Translations under genes and position numbers: made by a program
Origin: an uncultured bacterium
GTDB taxonomy: Bacteria > Oederibacteriota > Oederibacteriia > Oederibacteriales > Oederibacteriaceae
Reading direction: 5' to 3'
Assembly (NCBI GenBank): GCA_965112635.1
Contig: OZ218778.1
Coordinates: forward strand, 1,568,001 to 1,632,000
Length of the DNA stretch: 64,000 nucleotides
Shown: one piece after another, positions 57,053-64,000 of the stretch
Position numbering within the stretch: position 1 is the stretch's first letter
Layout of the letters: each line of letters opens with the position of its first letter
Notes under the pieces: model-generated
Seen by the model: the letters and a program-made list of their open reading frames with translations, nothing else
Told to the model about the DNA's origin: nothing
Database searches by the model: none

Positions 57053-58702
57053 TCAGGTTGGGGAGTCGACAAGTGGTAAGTCAACGGGCTTTGAATCCGT
57101 CATTCGAAGGTTCGAATCCTTCCTCCCCAGCCATTCCTTACTCTGGCAATGTCGCAAGGGTTCCCTATAGGTCGTGGGCATGTTGGGAAGAGCCCTAAGA
57201 TGTATCTCAACCCAATGGTTCTTTCCGTCATAGATCACTTCTTTGACAAGCAACCGCACGATCTGCAACTTTTCAGATAGTTCCAGACTTTCATAAACAT
57301 CCCCGAATTGAGCCAAAACCTTCTGGACTTCATCCACATTTATTACCGTGGACTTAATTTTATCAATTTGAAGCTGTATGCAGTTTAATTCTGCCTCAAT
57401 CTCATGCTTCTGGGAGTCCAGTTCATTAAGTTTATCCATAAACATGCTGTTATTTTTGCCTGCACCAAAGGCAGTCATAAGTTCATCTCCTTGTTTTTTT
57501 ATTTTTCTTTCTTCCAATTGTTTTTCCAAAAGTTGTTTCTTTAGAGAAGGGAGTTCTTTTGCTGTGGTGTCTTGGGCATTCTGGATCACTTTTTCCATCA
57601 TGGTTGGTTGGCCAGCCAGGAAAGCAATCCGTTGGATGATGATCTCCTCAATCTCTCGTGCTGGGACTTGTCTTACAGGGCAAGCTGAAGGATCTGTTTT
57701 GATGACCCTCGAGCATTTGTAATAGAGATACTCCTGATGATTGCGTCCGAAGGCATGATAAGGGGTCATGATAGAACCGCAATGAGCGCATCGGATAAGG
57801 CCCCTGAGCAAAAAACCATAACGGTTCTGAGTTGGTGACTTTTTCCTCTGGTTGTTCTGTCCCAGTAATTTTTGAACGTGATCAAAGATATTGAGGTCTA
57901 CGATTGCCTTATGTTCAGCTTTGACCCATTCATTCCCGTATCTGATTCTGCCGGTATATATTGGGTTTTTAAGGATGAGGGAAAAGGTGGTTTTAGTGAA
58001 CTTGCCGCCATTTATGGCTTTTCCCGCTTTGGTCACCCTTCTTTTGGAGTGGTATTTTTGGTTAATTTTAGGTAAAGCCTTATCCAGTGATTGTTCCTGA
58101 AGATAGAGCTGAAACATATTACGAACCTGTTCCGCTTCTTGGGTATTAGGGACCAGCTTTTTTTGGATGTTGTCGTAACCCAAAGGAGGCACACCACCCG
58201 TCCATCTGCCTATCTTTCTGGAAGCCTGAATCTTATGCCTGGTACGTTCAACACCCATCTCCCGCTCAAATTGGGCAAATTCTATCAGGATAGATTGCAA
58301 CAACCTCCCTGCGGGTGTGCTGGTGTCAATGGATTGGGTGACAGAGACGAAGGTCACATCGTGCTCCTTGAAAAACTCCATGAGATTGATGAAGTCCTTT
58401 ACGTTCCTGCTCAGACGGTCAAGTTTGTAAACAACCACTGCCTGCACCTTACCTTGCAAGATGGCTTGAATTAGTTGTCCGAGGGCAGGGCGGTCCATTG
58501 TGGCTCCGCTTATGCCAGGGTCTTGATAAACGTCAGGGAATAATCGCCACCCCTCGCCCTCATGGGATTTGATGAACGCCTCACAATATTGTTTTTGGGA
58601 ATCCAGGGAGTTAAATTCGGAATCTAGATTCTCGTCAGTGGATTTCCGAGTATATATAGCGCAGTTTTTTATAGCTTGTGTCCGTACTAGTTCTTTAATC
58701 AT
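57053..58702 (-). CDS. Large serine recombinase 4; C-terminus read through the whole tRNA-Gln antisense
   Basis: IYTRKST, YKLDRLSRN, FAQFERE, PPLGY, LKNPIYTG, CAHCG. Confidence 0.95.
   Translation of the reverse strand: MIKELVRTQAIKNCAIYTRKSTDENLDSEFNSLDSQKQYCEAFIKSHEGEGWRLFPDVYQDPGISGATMDRPALGQLIQAILQGKVQAVVVYKLDRLSRNVKDFINLMEFFKEHDVTFVSVTQSIDTSTPAGRLLQSILIEFAQFEREMGVERTRHKIQASRKIGRWTGGVPPLGYDNIQKKLVPNTQEAEQVRNMFQLYLQEQSLDKALPKINQKYHSKRRVTKAGKAINGGKFTKTTFSLILKNPIYTGRIRYGNEWVKAEHKAIVDLNIFDHVQKLLGQNNQRKKSPTQNRYGFLLRGLIRCAHCGSIMTPYHAFGRNHQEYLYYKCSRVIKTDPSACPVRQVPAREIEEIIIQRIAFLAGQPTMMEKVIQNAQDTTAKELPSLKKQLLEKQLEERKIKKQGDELMTAFGAGKNNSMFMDKLNELDSQKHEIEAELNCIQLQIDKIKSTVINVDEVQKVLAQFGDVYESLELSEKLQIVRLLVKEVIYDGKNHWVEIHLRALPNMPTTYREPLRHCQSKEWLGRKDSNLRMTDSKPVDLPLVDSPT
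57059..57133 (+). tRNA. tRNA-Gln(TTG)
   Basis: TGGGGAG/CTCCCCA acceptor stem, ACGGG-CTTTGAA-TCCGT anticodon arm, GGTTCGAATCC, CCA; usual position after ispE. Confidence 0.97.
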
Positions 58703-58935
58703 AACGACTCCTTTCTTGACAGTGACATGAGGGCATTGGTTCGCCTCAATATCAAGGTCTTTGTTTGGTCACTTATGCTAGAAATGTCTACAATATTTTG
58801 CGTACTAGATTTGTCTTTGGCCATCACCCGCAAAGCTCCTTTTGCCAGGATTGATGCAATCTCATCAAGGCGGTCTTCAGGAATCAGCATTTCCTCCCAA
58901 GCCGATTCAGAACCTAGAGTAAGAGGATTATTCAT
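58699..58935 (-). CDS. Small protein coupled to LSR4
   Basis: EDRLDEIASILAKGALR; 4-nt overlap with the LSR. Confidence 0.7.
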   Translation of the reverse strand: MNNPLTLGSESAWEEMLIPEDRLDEIASILAKGALRVMAKDKSSTQNIVDISSISDQTKTLILRRTNALMSLSRKESL

Positions 58936-59191
58936 TGGCTATTCCCTCCAAGGCTTCACATAACCAATGGAATCCCCTTTTCTTGCATTGTTTTAAAAGG
59001 TTTTTAAGAAGAAAAATATCATTGGGATTATAAAGATTGCCCGGTGTTTTGGAATTGATGCTAAGTTTTTGATGAGAGCAAGGGAGAAGACCTAAAGATA
59101 TCTTTAGTATTATGAATTTATTTCTCGTTAGCCCCAGTGATCGGGCGGCCTGCCTAGTAGTCATGGGGGTCTTTTGAATGTGTCTATGCAT
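58928..59191 (-). CDS. Small putative HTH / excisionase-like protein
   Basis: MTTRQAARSLGL pattern; overlaps both neighbours. Confidence 0.5.
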   Translation of the reverse strand: MHRHIQKTPMTTRQAARSLGLTRNKFIILKISLGLLPCSHQKLSINSKTPGNLYNPNDIFLLKNLLKQCKKRGFHWLCEALEGIANE

Positions 59192-61259
59192 CGTTAATCC
59201 CCCCAGTTTCCACTGCAACAGTGCAACAGTCTAGTTTTTCAGGGGAAGGGAGAATTTCTACGTCCTCTGGAAGGGAGTCACCTAAAACGAGCTTATGGGG
59301 TTTACCTTTTTGGGTTTCTAAGTTTTTTAAATAGCCTTTTTCTAATGCCACTCGTATTCTACGAGACGTTGAAGATCGGTCTAGTTTAAGATGATTTTTT
59401 GTCTCAGATTGACTGACGTATTTATCTTCACTATCTTTACCATCCAGCAATGCTTTAACAGCATCAACAGTTTCTTTTAAGCTATCGCTAACTCCAGCAT
59501 CTATCTGATCCTTCAATATATCTTTAACCAGTTCATAAATTGCCTTGTAGTCATCCAATGAAGCAATAATGCTGCCTTTTTGATCTTTGTCTCGGTTAGC
59601 CTGGTGCAGTATAGCGTGAGTTTTTATGAAATTAATTACCTGAGGTATATCCCGACGCAGTCTCACCGCTTTAGGAGGGATTTTATCAATAAGGAGAGGG
59701 AGGTAGGGGATAACGACATGGTTTGGTTGGCAGGAAAGCCATTCTTGGAGAGCATGCCAGAGCTCAATGTTTGAACTACTTTTCCGTTCTTCCGTTAAAC
59801 TCAGTAGGATTTCTTGCGTTTGTTTTGGGGTATCTTTTAGGGTTATAGAAAATAGTCTGGTTTCATTCTCGGGGTGAAGACTTACTGCTGTGGTAGTAAC
59901 AATAAGACCCGTTGGGCCTTGTTTTTCAATCCGTCTAGATACAAGACCTAGGGGAGTTTTTTCCACAGTTTCATAGCTGATTTTACCTTCGCTTAATAAC
60001 GAGCGGATTAAATAGCTAGTCATTTCATTATTTAAACCGACAGCTTCAATGATGATTAGCATGCGGTGTTCTAGGGGTTCCTGTGTATAGGCAAGAACCT
60101 TTTCTGACATGCCTGTAAGCTCGTAATATGCTTCTTCTGGAAAAAATTTTAAGACATTTTCCACGAGATACGATTTTCCCGTGGATGAGGGACCTTTTAT
60201 GACTATAGAGATCGGTTTATTTAATATATGGCTGGTTAAAGTGAGATATAGAATTTTGGCTTCGCTTTGAACCCCTACGACACCGGATTTTTCAAGTTCC
60301 TGATCAAAAATTTCAAGAATATTTGGATGTGTTGCCAAATCACGACAAGTTTTCCAGGTTTTTTCTGTTTGTTTTCTATTGTTTTCTTCTTCTATCTTAG
60401 TCCAGGGGATAGAACGCTCAAGAAAGGTTTGGAATTTGATTTTGAATTCGTCTGGTTTCGCAACGTGTAGATCAGAAGGATCCTTATGGGGAGTTAAATC
60501 CAATATGCGAATTTTGATTTTTAATTTAGATTTTGCAATCCATTTTAAGACTGCTTCGCCACCTCTATCATTTTCATGGACAACATAGATAATTTCAAAG
60601 TTTTCTAAAAATCCAAACCACTCCTCTTTCCAAATGGCTGCTCCAGGGATACCAATAGCTGGGAATCCGTGAAGCCAGAGGGTATGACAATCAGATTCAC
60701 CCTCGACTAGAATGACAAACTTTTGTGATTTGAATTCCTTAAGTTTCCAGAGTCCATACAAACTTGCTTTATCGTTAGTTCTCCATTTAAAGCGTTGATT
60801 AATACCGTCGGATTTGGCAAGGGCGCAACGGTACCTTATAGCAACGAGCTCCTGGTCTATATTCAAATAGGGAATAACAACTCTTTTGCTACCTTTATGG
60901 GTTTCGTCCGATAAACCAAGTTTTATAAGGAAATCTACAGGAATCTTTTTGATTTGCGCATACTGCTCCAAGGTGCATCCTAGGGACTGTTGCACTGTTG
61001 CAGTTGTTTTGGAGGTTGATAAGGCATCCCTTTGGATGGGGGAATCGGGGAAGAGGTCACTCATTTTTAGACCCAGGGATTGGACGATCTGCTCGGCTGA
61101 ACAACCAGCAAAGCACTTCAAGAGCACTTTTCCATCTCCAGCTTCAGATATAGAGAGGCTGTTTTGATGGTCTTCATGCGCTGGGCAAAGGGCAGTCCAC
61201 CCTTGGTTGGTTTTACGAATTCCTTTAAGTTTTTGGAGGACGAGGTCAATTTTACTCAT
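59184..61259 (-). CDS. Primase-helicase (Zn finger, TOPRIM, P-loop ATPase, C-terminal wHTH)
   Basis: CPAHED..SLS..CFAGC; VEGESD..ENDRGG; GPSSTGKS; LKLDRSSTSRRI..GYL. Confidence 0.88.
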   Translation of the reverse strand: MSKIDLVLQKLKGIRKTNQGWTALCPAHEDHQNSLSISEAGDGKVLLKCFAGCSAEQIVQSLGLKMSDLFPDSPIQRDALSTSKTTATVQQSLGCTLEQYAQIKKIPVDFLIKLGLSDETHKGSKRVVIPYLNIDQELVAIRYRCALAKSDGINQRFKWRTNDKASLYGLWKLKEFKSQKFVILVEGESDCHTLWLHGFPAIGIPGAAIWKEEWFGFLENFEIIYVVHENDRGGEAVLKWIAKSKLKIKIRILDLTPHKDPSDLHVAKPDEFKIKFQTFLERSIPWTKIEEENNRKQTEKTWKTCRDLATHPNILEIFDQELEKSGVVGVQSEAKILYLTLTSHILNKPISIVIKGPSSTGKSYLVENVLKFFPEEAYYELTGMSEKVLAYTQEPLEHRMLIIIEAVGLNNEMTSYLIRSLLSEGKISYETVEKTPLGLVSRRIEKQGPTGLIVTTTAVSLHPENETRLFSITLKDTPKQTQEILLSLTEERKSSSNIELWHALQEWLSCQPNHVVIPYLPLLIDKIPPKAVRLRRDIPQVINFIKTHAILHQANRDKDQKGSIIASLDDYKAIYELVKDILKDQIDAGVSDSLKETVDAVKALLDGKDSEDKYVSQSETKNHLKLDRSSTSRRIRVALEKGYLKNLETQKGKPHKLVLGDSLPEDVEILPSPEKLDCCTVAVETGGINDA
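59212..61004. repeat. Perfect 20-bp inverted repeat of tandem TGCAACAG octamers inside the primase gene
   Basis: ACTGCAACAGTGCAACAGTC at 59212-59231; reverse complement at 60985-61004. Confidence 0.9.
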
Positions 61260-61262
61260 TAG

Positions 61263-61535
61263 CTATTGCCCCCCCCTGTCTTCATAAATCCTGGCTTTAA
61301 GTGATTTTAGGTTTTGGTAAAAGGATTGTGGTTCAACCAGAAGAGAACGATTCCAGAAGGCGTCCACAGTGTTTTGAAACTCTAAGGATACTTTGAAAAG
61401 AAAAACAACATGTTTGGGGTTTTGGCGGTCTAACTCTACAGGAAAGATTGATTTGCAGGCTAAGCTGGCATTGCAGGCGATATCAGAAATTGGTACTAGT
61501 TTCCCATTTTCATGCGTTTTATTTGTATTCATCAA
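61263..61535 (-). CDS. DUF5659-like small protein
   Basis: SD...A.L....F...LDR.NP..V.F.F..FW...L.VEP..F...LK.LK.RIY pattern. Confidence 0.65.
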   Translation of the reverse strand: MMNTNKTHENGKLVPISDIACNASLACKSIFPVELDRQNPKHVVFLFKVSLEFQNTVDAFWNRSLLVEPQSFYQNLKSLKARIYEDRGGQ

Positions 61536-61574
61536 TATTCACCCTTGTGTTTTATTTGAAGCCTTCAACCTTAA

Positions 61575-61711
61575 TGGTAAATATTTACCGAAATGACTTA
61601 AATGATGGGAGAGTGTTGTAGCGGGGACAAAAAAAGGGTTGAAAATCAAAGAGAAATATATTGATAAAAATATTGATTCTTATTTCAAGGGTTGGTAAAT
61701 ATTTACCGAAA
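61575..61711. promoter_or_regulatory. Two identical palindromic operator-like sites
   Basis: TGGTAAATATTTACCGAAA at 61575 and 61693; core GGTAAATATTTACC is a perfect palindrome. Confidence 0.75.
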
Positions 61712-61752
61712 GGGGGGAAAGAGGGGCATTAGAAAAGAATTTCTAATATGGA

Positions 61753-62739
61753 CTAAGATTCATCGTCAGTGTTTTTTTCTGGATTCTCTTGCGAATTTGA
61801 TTCACAAGGTTCAATGGTATCATTCCTCTTCATTAGGCTCTCAAAGTGCTTCCTAAGGTTCTCTGATAAAATTACATGGAATATTGTCTTGTATGAATGA
61901 TTTTTTTTGTATGGCTCAAAGGGATCGTCTTTGATATCAAAGATGCTTTGGAGAAGCTGCCTTAAATCGCTTACGTTTATTTTATCTATTTTGTCTTCTT
62001 CGCTGTCTTTTATGCCAATCTCTTCAAAATTCTTTGCAAATTTTGCCAGGGTTACCCATAATCGGTTGCCTTTCTGCGTTCTCTTGTCCAGCAAACCAAG
62101 TTCGGCTAAGGTATAATTCTTTTTTATTTCTTTCCCATTTATTTTTATATTCTCCAAGGACATTAGTTCAATAGTAATCTCATTCCATTGCAATCCTGGG
62201 GGAGAAGGGAAGCGGGTCACTTCTATGTGGTTCTTTACTAAGTCTCCATCCTGCGTATCAGATTCCTCAGATAATTTTAAGAGGGTTTCCCTAATCTCAT
62301 CCAGCTTTTCACCATTATCCTTACTTGATGAATTCATTTTTAATTGGATAATTTGTTCATTTACTTTGGTCGGAAATTTAAAAAAGTCGCTTTGCATTAT
62401 ATTTAGTATTGATTCTAATCCGATTACTTCCACTTTCAGAGATTGGTGAAAATACGGGATTTCTTCTTCCCAACTATAGTTTCGTAGATTTACTTGATAG
62501 GCTTTGTTGATAGCATTATTATAAATTTCTAACAAATGAAGATCCTGAAGCGACTTTAGTAAATACGCATTATATTCTGACCAGCTATTTTTTATTTCGC
62601 AGAGTTTCCAAAAGCAACTCTTTGCTTCAAGATAACCTTGGAGTTTGTAGGTATCAAGTGGAAGTGAATCGCTTAAAGCTTTACCCACCTCTATCTGTTT
62701 GATAATTGCATTAATGTAGGTTTTCTTTTTCATAGTCAT
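61753..62739 (-). CDS. Hypothetical regulator-like protein, related to 40734-41550
   Basis: Shared KQI..GK.L, W...N..L and EV..LESI motifs; C-terminal wHTH-like segment. Confidence 0.65.
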   Translation of the reverse strand: MTMKKKTYINAIIKQIEVGKALSDSLPLDTYKLQGYLEAKSCFWKLCEIKNSWSEYNAYLLKSLQDLHLLEIYNNAINKAYQVNLRNYSWEEEIPYFHQSLKVEVIGLESILNIMQSDFFKFPTKVNEQIIQLKMNSSSKDNGEKLDEIRETLLKLSEESDTQDGDLVKNHIEVTRFPSPPGLQWNEITIELMSLENIKINGKEIKKNYTLAELGLLDKRTQKGNRLWVTLAKFAKNFEEIGIKDSEEDKIDKINVSDLRQLLQSIFDIKDDPFEPYKKNHSYKTIFHVILSENLRKHFESLMKRNDTIEPCESNSQENPEKNTDDES

Positions 62740-62844
62740 AATACATTAAAATAACACCTTCGCATTGCTACTGCAATGAATGGCTTCTGGAAACAAAAAG
62801 ACAAGACACCCCATAAAAGGCAGCCTGCGTTTTGTTTCCGATTT

Positions 62845-63216
62845 CTATTTAATCATTGAATTATCACTAACAGAGGCGAGTTTGTTTGCAGAATCAAAAT
62901 TCCAGACCATAGAACAAACGAAACATGCGCCCGCTCCAAATAAAAAGATTTTATTATCAGGCTGATTGACTGAGGCAATAACAAACCCATAGGAAATAAT
63001 ACTGCTCCAAAGCGCATATTGCTGTAACTGGCCAGCCTCCCTTATGAGTTTGAAATTATTATTAACTACTTCTGGTTTTAAATCCGCTATTACTGATTGG
63101 CTGGCATCTTCAAGTAGAATATCTCCGTTCTTTAAACGAATCTGTCCTGCGAAGGCAAGGATGACCGTGGAGAAAACACAAAGGGAATAGAGTAGGAAGG
63201 TGATAAAAATTTTCAC
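62845..63216 (-). CDS. Hypothetical membrane protein
   Basis: Signal peptide and two hydrophobic segments. Confidence 0.6.
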   Translation of the reverse strand: MKIFITFLLYSLCVFSTVILAFAGQIRLKNGDILLEDASQSVIADLKPEVVNNNFKLIREAGQLQQYALWSSIISYGFVIASVNQPDNKIFLFGAGACFVCSMVWNFDSANKLASVSDNSMIK

Positions 63217-63665
63217 CAGTTTTTATTTTCTGTTTGGGAAAGATAGAAAATTAATTTGTCACCAAGCTTTTGAAATTCGATCAAACATTTATCCATTACT
63301 AATTTAGTGGTAATTGGACCAATATCCTTTGCCTGTAAGTTTTTAAACGTCATTCTAATTTTATTGTTTTTAATATCAATGATTAAGGTATAGCTGACAT
63401 CAAAAGTTATAAGACCATTAAAAATAGAAGTAACGCCATTACCAATAATTTTCCCATTTTCTTTATCTTTTAATTCAATGACAGCTTTTGAGGAAACAAA
63501 TGTTTCCGCCATCCACGCTAAGGTTTTATCGAATAATTGGTCCTTATTTAATCCAGGAACATCGTAGGTTTGTTCATGGGATCTTTGCGCCTCTGGTATG
63601 GTTTCCATTCCAGCGCAACCAAATATTGAAATGATGACAAAAATGCCCAGGATAAGTTTCTTCAT
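63213..63665 (-). CDS. DUF4468-like lipoprotein
   Basis: Lipobox IFGC; W.AETFVSSKAVIE..DKENG.IIGNG; terminal NW. Confidence 0.75.
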   Translation of the reverse strand: MKKLILGIFVIISIFGCAGMETIPEAQRSHEQTYDVPGLNKDQLFDKTLAWMAETFVSSKAVIELKDKENGKIIGNGVTSIFNGLITFDVSYTLIIDIKNNKIRMTFKNLQAKDIGPITTKLVMDKCLIEFQKLGDKLIFYLSQTENKNW

Positions 63666-63674
63666 TGAACCTCC

Positions 63675-63911
63675 TTATTTGGATAGATCCTTGATGAGCT
63701 TCTGCCCCATAGGAGAGTCAGCCGGTATCATTGAGTCGCCCTTACAATTAGGGCAGGCATTGTACTTGCTGATCATGCGCCATACGGAATAACAGAAGCC
63801 GGGGACAAATAGACAGCACCATAAAACAATTTCAACCAAAATACTTCCCTTAGCTACCTTTTTTGGTTTGCCAGAATAGCCACATTTTGTGCATACAAAC
63901 TCTTTAACCAT
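63675..63911 (-). CDS. Small Zn-ribbon membrane protein
   Basis: CTKCG..TM hairpin..CPNC; GGAGG RBS. Confidence 0.75.
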   Translation of the reverse strand: MVKEFVCTKCGYSGKPKKVAKGSILVEIVLWCCLFVPGFCYSVWRMISKYNACPNCKGDSMIPADSPMGQKLIKDLSK

Positions 63912-64000
63912 GTTTGACCTCCTTTTGTATGTGGTTTGTGCTCCATAGAGCACTACATTACCATTTATGTTTGCTAGCCTCAAGTCATGAAAATAGAAAA

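Larger units (their letters stand above)
57134..64000. mobile_element. Integrative element at tRNA-Gln with LSR and primase-helicase (satellite/IME-like); far end outside the window
   Basis: Recombinase abuts the tRNA; replication gene; low GC; all genes on the minus strand. Confidence 0.85.

Noticed and set aside
1-64000. CRISPR array, cas genes, reverse transcriptase/DGR/retron, rRNA
   Set aside because: No regularly spaced repeat-spacer array, RT motifs or rRNA-like sequence seen by eye
57134-64000. Distal att of the tRNA-Gln element; capsid or conjugation genes in either element
   Set aside because: None found in the window, so the elements are not called prophages or ICEs

Overview
Bacterial chromosome window with housekeeping blocks interrupted by two tRNA-targeted, AT-rich integrative elements. 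1-12.3 kb (mostly GC-rich): nuoBCD', an AAA/DUF4143 ATPase flanked by a duplicated Cys-rich gene end, an fhs / metF-metV fusion / pterin-binding methyltransferase cluster, a second metF, dCMP deaminase and a secreted CBM-like protein. 12440-43445: a ~31 kb island at the 3' end of tRNA-Glu(TTC), bounded by the 10-bp direct repeat TTGGCGTCCC. It carries three large serine recombinases (LSRs), a sigma-like/RHH/RarA-C module, a DUF499-PglZ-(RHH/PIN)-DUF1156 methylase-SNF2 defence operon, further defence candidates and a c-di-GMP-I-like riboswitch. 43.7-57.1 kb: mreCD-mrdA-rodA, an inserted beta-glucuronidase, radical SAM, rlmI, TPR protein, ispE, tRNA-Gln(TTG). 57.1 kb to the end: a second LSR/primase-helicase element, incomplete in the window. 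The best signal is that the att core of island 1 lies in frame inside the 3' end of its LSR. The integrated gene ends in antisense-tRNA codons, while excision would splice on a 26-residue helical tail stored 31 kb away. All protein calls come from reading motifs by eye, with no database searches.
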